The notes under the pieces: generated by a model
The model's input: only the letters and a program-made list of their open reading frames with translations
Database searches by the model: none
Told to the model about the DNA's origin: nothing
Position numbers and translations under genes: made by a program
Assembly: GCA_032718475.1 (NCBI GenBank)
Contig: JAUCBJ010006122.1
Coordinates: 1-36,734 of the forward strand
Source of the DNA: Nemertoderma westbladi
Lineage: Eukaryota > Animalia > Xenacoelomorpha
Direction: 5' to 3'
Length of the DNA stretch: 36,734 bases
Part shown: piece after piece, positions 22,665 to 33,860 of the stretch
Position numbering within the stretch: position 1 is the stretch's first letter
Layout of the letters: every line of letters begins with the position of its first letter

Positions 22665-22855
22665 GTTACATGGTATTGTTACATGGTATTGAGTTACATG
22701 GTATTGAGTTACATGGTATTGAGTTACATGGTATTGAGTTACATGGTATTGAGTTACATGGTATTGAGTTACATGGTATTGAGTTACATGGTATTGAGTT
22801 ACATGGTATTGAGTTACATGGTATTGAGTTACATGGAATCGAGTTACATGGTATT
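22665..22855. repeat. 15-bp minisatellite, right part
   Basis: About 12 copies of the same unit in the same orientation as 21178-21309. Confidence 0.97.
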
Positions 22856-23344
22856 TCGCAAAGAGCAAATATTGGAAGATGATCAGATATGTTTGTAAAA
22901 TATTTAATGTGACAAGTTAATACAAGTTGGTCTCGACCAGTGTTTAATGACGAATAATAATACATGTACATAAGGGTAATATAATTCCATATGTCGTAAC
23001 TCGTAACGTAATACTTATAAATAAATAAAATTATAAATAAAAAATATTTTGTACGTAACAATACACACCGTAATATTTCCATAATTCAATTAAACATTAT
23101 ACGAAAACATTCGAAAAGTAACATTGCCAAATAATAAAACAAATACACCACAAAATGTTTCTACATCACATTCGGACGGCACCTTAACCGACTACAACGC
23201 AGCCATAAATGCCCATCTAATAAACCAGGTTAAGTAACTTCACTGCCAAAAAGTAACCAAATGATTTGAAATTGTAACTTATTGACTGAAAAATACGACA
23301 TAAAATGTTTGCGAATTCTTTTCGCCGAGACGTTAATCTCATTA

Positions 23345-23643
23345 AGCAGCAGCTTGATCTAGAGGTGACATTACTGTGCTTCCGATTAGGGAGCCCGGGT
23401 TCGATCCCTAGATGGGGCAGCACTGTTTGGGCACAGTGCTTTAAATGCTGCAGCCTAGCCCAACCCTGGCTTTCATCCTTCAGTGGTCGAAACAGAGTGG
23501 AAGGGTTTACTGCGTGGAAGATCACCCATGGTGGTGAACAGGCATTCCTTTAGGAAACAGAGTGGAGGGGTTTACTGTGGAAGATCACCCATGGTGGTGA
23601 ACAGGCATTCCTTGGCTTAACGAGTCTAAAAGATTCTCCCATA
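23345..23643 (+). mobile_element. tRNA-derived SINE, copy 2, with 12-bp TSD and an internal ~61-bp duplication
   Basis: Homologous to 5558-5816; B box GGTTCGATCC; GTTAATCTCATT at 23332-23343 and 23644-23655. Confidence 0.9.
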
Positions 23644-24045
23644 GTTAATCTCATTTATAATCAGGAATCAACTAGAGTTTTCATTACTTAAATCAGTTGA
23701 ACCCCATAATTCCATTTTAATAACTCAACGATCCTCAATATTAAATTAATTAAAAACATAATTTGTTCGTTCAGTATTGCATAATCGAATTTATACACAC
23801 AGAAGTTCGTAAAATAATAAAAAGCTAAATATTATAAAGTATTAATTATTAAGATGCTATTCACTGCAATTTTCAAAGGAAATATAATTAAAACGCTACA
23901 ATTAGCACCTCGGAGTCAAAACGAAATAAGTAAAACGCGAATTTTACAATTTAAAAAGACTAGATTGCGTTTTGCAAAAGTAAAACTAATTTATTAAAAC
24001 GGTAGTGTTTTAGCACGTCGGATGGAATATCTGAATCTTACGAGA

Positions 24046-25178
24046 TTAGTTGCGGGAAATTCCCAGTTCGTGAACTCCTATAGAACCGCCTTGTTGCCAA
24101 ACGCGAAATTTAGCGACGTCTTTCCGAGTAATGATACCCTGGACGAGGTGGGAATGATCGGTGACAACCAAATGTCGCAACCCGAGCGCTCGGAACAATC
24201 GGAATATCCGAGGGAGACTCGCGTCGGTGGTGACCGAGTACGGCGAGGGATTCATGTAAGAGACGAGGTCCACCGTGCAGTCCAACTCGGAAGGCTCCAA
24301 CTCGATTTGTTGCACAGTCGGAAAGCGGGGGTAATCGTCCCGGAAGGAAGCCAGCGTGAGTCGACGCCGTCTACGGAGCCCCGCCATGTGTTCCGTCTCG
24401 CGGAACGCCTTGCGCTGCAGCAGAACGACGAGTTGAGTTCGGAGTATCAGACCGCGAAGGTTTCCTCCCCGTGGGTCCGCCTCCTCCCTCCCCGCACGCC
24501 GCCCGGGGCCCCCCTCCCTCCCCGCGAACGCCCCCCCTCGCACCACCACCGTCTCCACCACCGGGAACCCGTTGTGCAGACACCCCGGCGCCTTCAGCAC
24601 CTCCACTATTCGTCGTACCTTCTCCACGCAGTTGAGCGTAGTCACGGGGCTGGTCATTATCTCGGTGGCGTAGACGTTGGAGCTGAGCGGCGGCGGGTTC
24701 CAGTTGAGGAAGGGGACCCCCTGCAGCTGGATGTGCGTGTCGTAGAGACCCTCGTTAAAGAAGTCGCCCACGAACTTGGCCGTGATGAGGACTATCATTA
24801 ACGGCATACCGTAGGTCGTGTCCCCGGTCGCCTCCAGTAGGATGACGGTGAGACTGATAGTCATGCGGACGACGCCCCCCAGCTGGGCGGCCGCGCCCAG
24901 TAGCGCGTACTTACCGGGCGCGGCCCATAGCTGCCCAGGGAATGCCGCGCCCCAACCGATGCCCACGAGGCGCCCCCAAGCGGCCCCGGTCAGTAACGCG
25001 GGGATGAAGAGCCCGCTGGGGACGCTGAGCCCGTAGGTCCAGCAGGATAGGAGGAAGTAGACGAGGAAGAAGTAGACCAAGGTGGTGGTAGCGAAGGAGT
25101 CCGCCTGGTCGTGGAACAGAGACTTTACGCTCTGCTCCGGGGTCTGGAAGAATATAGAAGCCATACTCGAATATTCCC
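24046..25178 (-). CDS. CLCN7: H+/Cl- exchange transporter 7, exon 3 (last transmembrane helices and two CBS domains)
   Basis: Acceptor TTTTCTGTTCAG|GG GAA TAT; GLFIP, GGVVRMTISLTVI, EGLYDTHI, HNGFPVV, LFRALGLRHL, GIITRKD; stop at 24046. Confidence 0.95.
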
Positions 25179-25534
25179 CTGAACAGAAAATAAATGTAGT
25201 TAGTTATAATGGTCGAGGTTGCACTCTGTAAGCTGAACTCTGTAATCGATATGATATGTAATTAATGGACCGAAATAGTTAACGCTACCGAATGAGGTAT
25301 GTTAGTCCGAATGTATAGCGCTGGTTCGACCCCCGGTGACGGCTTCATTTTCCAATTTCAGGACAAAAATCCTATTATAATATCGTAATCACATCAGCCC
25401 AAGCCCATTTTAATTTAATTATTAATTATATATCAATATTTAAATATACTAAATTAAATTATAACAAATACACCATTATAAACAAATCTGATGGATTGTT
25501 GGTTGGCTATTTTATTGCTTTAATATTATTACCT

Positions 25535-26943
25535 CCAAAGAGATTGCAATCAGACTCATTAAATCAGTTCAATTCGCCCACACGGTTTATATTCGAGCAA
25601 AAAATCGTGTCATCATATTGCAATAAATAAATTATATTATAAATTTCAAGTTAATAATAATAATTATATTATTAAAATTAGGTACCGGTAAGTCAAAGAG
25701 GTAGAACTATCACTCAATGTACATTACTTTTAGCCATTGTAAATCCTCATCTCCCTCCATCTAAAAATTTCTCCAGATATAATAGAGTAATTAAAAAGGT
25801 AAGTATATACTATTATACTTCCCTTACAAAAAGGACACCATAGCTACTACAGTAGCTTAGATTAGGTTGCTGGCTGGTAACTGAGTTTTTGAACACGTAA
25901 TTCTCACTCATTAGTTTGATAAATTTATATAACGAAAAACAAACTGACACAGTAATATACATCTGAATCTATTCTTTAACCCGCTATCCCGATTAAGAAC
26001 CATCTCCATACATACTTTTAGTATGCAGCTGTGCAGTGCAGTGGACAGCACATTAAAGTCACTCGTTCAATCAGAAACTTCCAACGAATGGCCCGCCATT
26101 ATTTATTTACATTCGGTTGGATATCATTGGAGATTTGTTATCAAAACTACATTTTATTTGATAAAGGCTTGTTTTCTCACTAATATTTTAAAAATTGAGT
26201 TAATTAATCTAACTTTTTTTCACTAATTTCCAGAAAATTAGTTCAAAAAGTATTTTCTTAACTTATTTTTTTCGAAAATTAGATAAATAAAGTCTTTTTT
26301 TAACTAATTTTTTTCCAAATAAAACAATTTATTCGATATAAAAACGTAACGGAAAACACTATCTTCCACTCATTTTCGTCAGCAAAATTCAGATCTTCTG
26401 CCCTCGTGTGTTGAGTTTTCCACTTATTATCCAGCATTATAACACTCAATTCGCTCGTGCTAAAAACCTGCCAACTCTTGTAAAACTCAACCACTCGGAC
26501 AGAATAGTTGAATTTCGCTAAATTGAAAATGAGTGAAAAAAGCGGTGTTTCCGCTTACTTTTATTTATCGAATAATAGTCATTTTTCTGAGATTTTTTCA
26601 GCAGCACACTTTATACTTCACCATGCAAGGAAATGGTTTGACTTTACTGAAGGTGAAATTTACAAAATCAAAACATTTTTAATCAGCTTTCTGTTATGGT
26701 TACCAGGTTTGTTACCAAATTAAACTCATAGACATAGCTCTACAATTAGTTATAACAGCTATCAACAGGAACAAAGAAACTAACATGCAATGTGCTCGAG
26801 ATACTATTTTACAAAACAAACTTGTTGATTTGTTGGTTCTAGTGTTAATATTACCAAAGAGATTGCAATCAGACTCATTAAATCAGTTCAATTCGCCCAC
26901 ACGGTTTATATTCGAGCAAAATATCGTGTCATCATATTGCAAT
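25535..26943. repeat. Pair of 90-bp direct repeats (25535-25624 and 26854-26943) with one mismatch
   Basis: CCAAAGAGATTGCAATCAG...CATCATATTGCAAT occurs twice, 1319 bp apart. Confidence 0.95.
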
Positions 26944-27207
26944 TTAATTTAAACTTAATAACTATTTACATACTTGTGTGTAAAGTAGCATATTACAGTG
27001 TGATGATCCCAGTGGCTTTGTTACACGAACGAACGTTAGTGAGTGAGTGAAAATAAAGCCACGAGGATCAGAACACTGTAAAGTACTTTGCAACAAGTAT
27101 GTATGTAGTTTTATTCCAAAATTGTAACATTACGAAATGATTGTGTATATTATAAGTGATAGAAACTGCACAAATTAAATTAGTTGCTGTATAAATAAAT
27201 GTAAAAA

Positions 27208-27287
27208 TGACATAAATTATGTTATAAATAAGTTAGCTTATTGTATATATACAATAAGCTAACTTATTTATAACATAATTTATGTCA
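27208..27287. repeat. Perfect 80-bp palindrome with no spacer
   Basis: TGACATAAATTATGTTATAAATAAGTTAGCTTATTGTATA followed by its exact reverse complement. Confidence 0.98.
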
Positions 27288-27385
27288 CACAATTATTAAA
27301 CACATATATGTGTTTAACATCCATAGATTGTATAAATTATAAGTAATTAAACAGGACTAAGGATGATCCAACTCTATAGCAAATT

Positions 27386-27457
27386 GCCTCCGTGGTGTAG
27401 TGGTTAGCATACCTGAACGTTTATCGGGAGACGCGGGTTCGATCCCCGCTGGTGGCG
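27386..27457 (+). tRNA. tRNA-like Pol III unit or pseudo-tRNA (nominal anticodon GTT, non-canonical loop) flanked by 52-bp perfect inverted repeats
   Basis: Cloverleaf: acceptor GCCTCCG/TGGTGGC, A box TGGTGTAGTGG, anticodon stem CCTGA/TCGGG, T arm GCGGG-TTCGATC-CCCGC; T6 at 27464-27469. Loop ACGTTTA lacks U33 and purine 37. Confidence 0.7.
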
Positions 27458-28293
27458 AATTCATTTTTTCCGCTCCATTTGCTATAGAGTTGGATCATCC
27501 TTAGTCCTGTTTAATTACTTATAATTTAAGTTAGCTTATATTTATGGTGGCGTTTGGAGCCATCTTACTAATATAGCTACTGGTTATTAATAACTATACC
27601 CCGTCTACCGGTAGGTAATGCAGTAGGCCTATCTGGATGTTAGGAAAATTTCCACCTATTGTTTACGCGGTAACCAATGACAGCGTTAAGTAATATCCAC
27701 TAGGGGGACATTACTTAACGCCGTCATGGTTACCACGTAAACAATAACATAAAATACAATATTAATTGTACAGGCCAATACAATGCTGTAATGTCCTCTA
27801 AAGTTGTAAAGTGCTAAATAACAACTCGGTGTTAATGCTAACGGCGTTAAGTAATGTTACAATTTTGGAATAAATACTATTTACTTCATTATTTATAATC
27901 TAGCACTTAATGAGATTACAATGCGTTATATTTTAATATCCGAGGGTCTTTTTCCAATTAAGAAAAAGATGCAACCAGGAATAATAATGATGCAATGATT
28001 ACGAGTCTGTTTTTGAAATAATTACTAAAACTACCGGTACTCTAACTCTATTCATTATAGTTGAGATATTAAACTTTATAACCTGAAACAAAGGCACATC
28101 CGATTGGAATAAAAGCCGCTGGACTATAGGAAATCGTATTGATTTTATGTCAACAGTGTAGAATTTGGTTAGTTTTAGCAGTCGGATTATTAATAAGAAC
28201 ACGACCTACCCGAATCAGTCAAAACCTTTGAGAACTACATATAATTCGGCTGTACAACTGTACAACATACGCAATGTAACTACTGTAACTCAC

Positions 28294-28867
28294 CGTCGTT
28301 ACAGAAAAACTGAACTCTCCGTTGGTTATTCGCGTCCAGACTGGGTTTACAATCCGAGTTGAAGTAGGTGAGCAGGAAGGTAACAGTAACGGTGACACAC
28401 GCGACCATCACAGCCTCGCAGACGCGGGTCCACGGGCGAGTCAACCGCCGCATGCGGTAGACCGTGAGACGGTAGTTGATGGCGTTAAAGGCGGCGCCCA
28501 GGAGGCCCCCAGCCGCGCCCATAAGGAGGAAGATGGGGATCTCGAACCAGTGGTAGGAGATCTTATCGAAGGTCCCGAAGTTAATGAGGCCGGGGTAGGA
28601 GAGATCCCCGGGGTGTCCGTGGTACGAGCTGAGCACGATGTTTAGAGTGAAGGTGGAGACCATGGAGGCGAAGAAAGTCCGCCACGTGAGCGACTGGTTC
28701 CAGAAGGAGGCGCCCTCCTCCAGAGAGAATAGAACGCCGCCTATAGGCGCCCCGAACGCAGCCGCAACGCCAGCCGCCGCACCCCCGCTGACGAAGTCTC
28801 GCTTCTCCTTGTCCGACCGGAAGGCCTGGTAAATACGGAAGTCCTGTCGTAGTGAAGTTGACCGTCC
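28294..28867 (-). CDS. CLCN7: CLCN7 exon 2
   Basis: Acceptor TTTCTGTTTCAG|GGA CGG; [32 protein letters not shown]; donor G|GTGAGT (phase 1, matches exon 3). Confidence 0.95.
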
Positions 28868-29357
28868 CTGAAACAGAAATAAAATCATATTGTATATGTT
28901 AAAGGCCGCCGGCACAAGGTGGGTTTGGGATTAAATCCATGGACCCGCTGCTCAATGCTCAACGCGGGATTATGGAGGGAGGGGGGAGGGGGGGGGGGAT
29001 TATTTGCAGAATCAAAATTATCACTCCCTCTCCAGAGTGAAATCTGCGCAAGTTACAAAATATTAGGAGCAAAAATGAATCTCTAAGCTGTGGACCTGAG
29101 CTACTGCCCTAGTTTATTGTTTTTCTTAGAATAACATACCTCTGTAACCCGGTCCTTTCCCTTAATTGACAATTTACATTGGTAAGTCACTATGGCGTCA
29201 TAGCCCCCACTACCACTTCCACCCCACACCTCTACGTCACACTTAGACAAGATACAATAGAGAAACAAACAATTAGGTAATAGATAAAGTGAATCAGCCT
29301 CGGTTCGGTACCTTTTATCATTCTAGTCAATAATAGTTCGATAGTCCCATACAATAC

Positions 29358-30020
29358 CTGCGATATTCCGGCTGCGACCACGGCCCCGGAATGAATCATC
29401 GGCCCCTCCTTCCCGATAGACAGACCGCCCACCACCGCGAAGATAACCCCGGTGACCTTGGTAACCAGCGTCGAGATACGTACCACGTGGGGGATCTTAA
29501 CACCGTTGAGGAAACATTTAATCTGCGGGATTCCGCTGCCTGCTGCGACCGGCTCGCCGTAGGTCGTAAGCAACGCGGCGAAACCAACAAAACCCACGGC
29601 GAATGCCAACCAGATAGCAAGAGGAACAATGAGGCACTGTTCGGCAACGCATTTATCCACGTAGAATTGTATCAGATCGAATTTAATCGAACTCAACCGC
29701 TCGATAACAATGTCGATAACGCACGCGATGAGAGCCGTTAGAACTCCGATAAACAAACAACAGACCCATCGGTTTACCTGAACCGATACAATGTGTTTGA
29801 ATCCCGATTGTTTCTCTTCTTCTAGAAACAAGGAATTCTCGCAGTTATCGTAGTCCAGACTCTCGTATTTACTGGACAATCCCATGTCCATGAGGTTCTC
29901 TTCCGCATCCGGTTTGTGGCGGTGGGAATCTCGGTCCACCGTACGGGAGTGGAGTGGGCTCGCGTAGAGGCCGGCGTGCGACATCTGACGACCGGCAAGA
30001 AGGGGGGTTCTCTCGCCCAT
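29358..30020 (-). CDS. CLCN7: CLCN7 exon 1 (probable start MGERTPLL)
   Basis: ERTPLL acidic dileucine sorting motif, KYESLDYD, GSGIP, GKEGP; donor CAG|GTATTG. Exons 663+574+1133 = 2370 nt, giving 789 aa. Confidence 0.92.
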
Positions 30021-30361
30021 ACTGTCGGACAGCCGGTTTAGGCCTGTCCTGTCCTGTCCAACCTCCAACGCGAACGAAAGATCAATAAGGTAGAATTGTA
30101 ATATTTCTAATTACCGGTAGCTGGGTAGGTACTAGGTAGGTCCTAGTCCTAGAGAATTAGGCCTTTCTACTCACTGACTGATCTAGTACCGGTAGGCCTT
30201 GATCTGGGTTTTATTTACAAATAAGAGTTAACTGACATTTTGTTGAACCGGTAGTTACCCTGCGGCCTGCCCCTGTATGGAATCCATCCAAAAAGTGCGC
30301 CGGATGGCGCGCCGTGCGCCGACCAATTTTTATATGCGCCGCTGGAGTGGAGATCTAACTC

Positions 30362-31426
30362 AGCTCTAACTGCTGAGGACACCAAATCTCTGGATGGCAC
30401 ATTCACAAGAATGCTACCTCGGGTTCACTGTGTTAAGTACAATGCACACATCTCCAACCAGACACTATATAACATTGGAGGTGTCTCATTGGTTCCCCCA
30501 AGCTTGACACTAGAACAAAATCTCCGATTTGCAGGACATTGCTTTCGCCGTGAGGACCAGCCAGTGCATAATCTTGTGCTTTGGCAGCCTCATGGAGTGA
30601 TTAGGCATGGTGGACAGCCCATGACTTTCTTGAGACGCATCTTAAAGGACACCCCTTGCCTTGAAGATGCGGATGATCTAGCAATGTCATGTTTAATGTT
30701 TGTTTAATGTTTAATAATTTACGGGTGTAGAAAGAAATATCTTATAAGGCACCCAGTAACAAAATACAAGTTATCGGAAGTCGTCATATTACCAAGTAAA
30801 AATAATGAACACCAACATAGATACACAGCGATATATTTACCACGTTTACAAAATTTATATAATAAAACTACAGTAGTATTGCTACAGAGTACAGTATTAC
30901 GTATAATCTAAAATGGATCTAAAATGGATATAAATGTTTATCTGTACAGTAGATTAAAAAGGGCAATAGTAACGTACATACTGTGGAGTGAGCAATGAAT
31001 AAAACCAACATAAATACAAAAAAAAATAATAAAAATTAAAGAAATATATTCTAAACATATTGCGTCAGTAGTACGGTACTGTATATTAATTTTGAGGCAA
31101 ATTTTGATATTTATTTTTTGTGTAAAATAGATTAAAACGTCAATACTACATGGCTACATGTAGAGTAAGCAAGTAATAAACCCAACATCATACTGGATAT
31201 TTACAATATAAAAAGATTACAAATTAGAATAGAAATTTAAAAATTAACAAGTTTATTGCGATAGTATAAAATAGGCTAAAAATTATATGAACGTAATTGT
31301 TACAGTAGATTAAAACATCATTACATTCGATAATGGATGATAGGGAGTTGTGGCGGCGCAATTTAGTTGACAAGCCGGCACAGCATTATTAAAAATGCAG
31401 CTGCAATGCTGCCGATCCTAGTAGTA
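30362..31426 (+). mobile_element. RTE LINE copy 3, split by a ~640-bp AT-rich insert (30692-31333)
   Basis: 30362-30691 matches 6358-6688; 31335-31426 matches the 3' end and TAG tail. Confidence 0.9.
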
Positions 31427-32287
31427 GATACTAAATGTATGCCATAGCTTTCTGGTATTTAATCCCCTCAGATAAATCACGAACTTTCTCAATGGTTTCA
31501 GCTTGTAGACGCGTTGATGGAGAAACATTTCATTGGCGGTCTCTGCATGTAGCACTGGTGTGCCACAAGTGCAAGTGGCACATTCCATGCAACAACAAAA
31601 AATCGGTGTGGCACTATATCGCAGATTTCAAAAATATTTTGTGAGAATGTTCAAAACATGTTACATAACGAGTGGTTGACGTTTGGCGCCTAATGAAGTA
31701 GTAGACAAATTTTTAGACCCACTTTATTTTCGAATTTGGCGAAAATTAATAGTTACATTATTGCCATTACCGTTGGTCTACATGCTGGGAAGACGTTTAA
31801 AATGAGACTAATGAGACATATTCCCGGCGTTTTTTAAATTTAAAATAATAGAAATTGTTTAACAACATTGAGTTTTGTTGAGTTCAATCGTAATAAAACA
31901 TGAAATTAAAGAAATCCCTACAAGCTTATATAGCCTTGAAATAGCCTTGATCTCGCATGGAGATTTGTTTGATAATTATTAGATGGACTTGTGAATATCA
32001 ACTATCACCCATTATTAGTCTTGGTTTAATTCAACATTTAAATGTACGTCTTGTCAGCCGAATTTAATCCCTTATACTAGAAATGCAACAGGCGGCTGCG
32101 GCATGGTGTTTACTCAAAGAGATGCACTATTGATTGTCATTCAAACCTCAGTGGGAGATATGTACTCCCAACCTAAGCTACAGTAGTAGTAGCCTAGCAG
32201 AGAGGTATAGTGTCTTGTGACTCGCCATAGTGATATAGAGCTTTGGTTCATATATGTTTCTTGTGTAGTTATTATGGCGCAGTGGCG

Positions 32288-32395
32288 GTACGGCTAATGT
32301 CGCGTTACGGAAAGTCGCGTCTCGGCTTATTTTCAGAGTAGCCGTAATGCGACTTTGAAAGTCGCGTTACGGCTAATTGTCGCGTTACGACTAAT
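32288..32395. repeat. Short array of GTCGCGTTACGG motifs (one inverted)
   Basis: About 5 copies; probably a subterminal region of a DNA transposon (inference). Confidence 0.55.
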
Positions 32396-32485
32396 CTATT
32401 GTCTTGGTTTTACATAGGGAATCATTATCAATATTATTCTATGGTGTATACGTACAGATGACAAAGGTTCGAAAAATGTAATGTA

Positions 32486-32536
32486 ATTCAAATGTTTTAC
32501 AGCATGGGATACTCCCATGCTGTAAAACATTTGAAT
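32486..32536. repeat. Perfect hairpin with 24-bp arms and 3-nt loop, followed directly by a poly-G run
   Basis: ATTCAAATGTTTTACAGCATGGGA-TAC-TCCCATGCTGTAAAACATTTGAAT. Confidence 0.95.
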
Positions 32537-32789
32537 GGGGGGGGGGGGGGGGGGGGGGGGATTTTAACTAGAAAAACTTAATTTTTAAATTATTGTATTA
32601 TTATTGTTGTATTGAGTACCACATTACACAGTACCCTGTACCATATACAGTATGTACCGTATATATTGTTCGAAAGTATAATCAGTATATTGCCGAAATA
32701 TTACACTTTGACTTTATCATTATAATAATCAAATCAAAAGTATATAATACTAAAGCTCTTGAATTAGCCAGTCATCGCCCGTGTATGGC

Positions 32790-32932
32790 AATTGGTTCGG
32801 TGGTGGAGTGGGTTGGAATGGTTCGGCCGCGAAGGGGTGGGGTGGTTCGGTGGTCGGGTGGATTGGAATGGTTCGGCCGCGAAGTGGTGGTTCAAGGGTG
32901 GGATGGGTTGGAATGGTTCGGCCACGAAGGGG
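32790..32932. repeat. G-rich ~48-bp tandem repeat (TTGGAATGGTTCGGCCGCGAAG core), 3 copies
   Basis: Core at ~32814, ~32863 and ~32908. Confidence 0.8.
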
Positions 32933-33259
32933 CCGTTATTATTTACGACACCGTTATTATTACTTGGCCTTGACTCCTTCTCCTGAACTTGTAGCGTTAT
33001 TGGGCCCGAATTCAGTCTTATAAAATATATATAAAATAAATTTAATTTATAGAATATAATATAAGGTCTGAAATGTTAATCATAAGAAACTAATTTAATT
33101 ACTATATAAATGGGAAAGAAATATAAAGTAAGACAACCAAATAACAATAGTATAAAATATAACAATAGGATCATTCCATGGTAAAGTACAATGTACACAA
33201 AATCAAGAAGAATATAGGGGACAAGTATATATGTATATATGGGACAAATTAATATCTAG

Positions 33260-33700
33260 AATCCCCAGAATTTGTTAACTTTTGGAACTTTCTACATCCC
33301 ACAGGATGACCCAGCTGGAGATTCAATACGCTTAATTATTTCATTGCACCTATAGAAGTGAACATCAGCTGATCCGGCCACTTCCATGCCATTCCGACAC
33401 TCTTCTCCATCACCTTAATATCTATCTTAATATCTTCTTCCTGCTTGTAAAATAGTTCAATTTTTCCCTTCAGTAGGAGTTTGAATTCTCTTTTTAGTCT
33501 ACATAACTTTTCTCTATGGCTGGGGTCCAATTTGGCCATGTGGTGAAGTTCAATTACTTCCTTTCTTCTGTTGAAACATTGTGAGTCGAACCAAGGTTTA
33601 TTCTCTCTGATTTTGCCAAAATTAATGGCCGCATCCTTTAAGGCTTCTGTTAATGTATCATATGCGAGGTCACCAGTTCCATCACCAGTTTTCGTAATTA
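33260..33700 (-). mobile_element. Degenerate non-LTR retrotransposon fragment (linker between endonuclease and RT)
   Basis: NKPWFDSQC..RRKEV followed by a Lys-rich helix, typical of LINE ORF2 linkers. Confidence 0.55.
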
Positions 33701-33860
33701 TTTCACCGGGATAGTGTTTACTTACCATCATAGATGACAATAACAAAATTGCCAACATTACGTACATTACCATATCATTACCACCACATCATCACCACCA
33801 CATCATTATCACATTACCATAGTCAAAATCAGTCTTAGCAGAGTCAGTATCAATCGCATA

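Larger units (their letters stand above)
26955..27880. mobile_element. Putative non-autonomous element built of nested inverted repeats (family uncertain, Crypton-like architecture)
   Basis: Imperfect hairpin ~26967-27103; IR TTTATTCCAAAATTGTAACATTAC (~27110-27133) vs GTAATGTTACAATTTTGGAATAAA (27851-27874); inner hairpin 27657-27746. Confidence 0.5.

Noticed and set aside
21160-22898. HGIEL / IPCNS / YHVTQ repeat peptides
   Set aside because: Reading frames of the 15-bp minisatellite.
24022-24801. 259-aa plus-strand ORF and other ORFs overlapping CLCN7 exons
   Set aside because: Antisense shadows caused by high GC3; no recognisable motifs.
25265-25352. Possible second tRNA-like unit (GGTTCGACCCC followed by TTCATTTTCC)
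   Set aside because: A B box is present but there is no convincing A box or cloverleaf; at most a decayed SINE head.
27386-27457. Functional tRNA-Asn(GTT)
   Set aside because: The loop lacks U33 and purine 37, the acceptor stem has a mismatch, and the body looks more Asp/Val-like; kept only as tRNA-like.
14815-27539. Hammerhead ribozyme or Penelope pLTR explanation for the palindromes
   Set aside because: No CTGANGA...GAAA core with supporting stems and no GIY-YIG/PLE RT fragment was seen by eye; a covariance-model search would be needed.
29187-29195. CACTATG, resembling a Transib/ProtoRAG TIR heptamer
   Set aside because: No partner TIR, nonamer or transposase; a 7-mer is expected by chance.
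30021-30068. N-terminal extension of CLCN7 from the ORF track (TTG start)
   Set aside because: Non-ATG start; the ATG at 30020 already gives the dileucine motif and a normal length. An upstream exon cannot be excluded.
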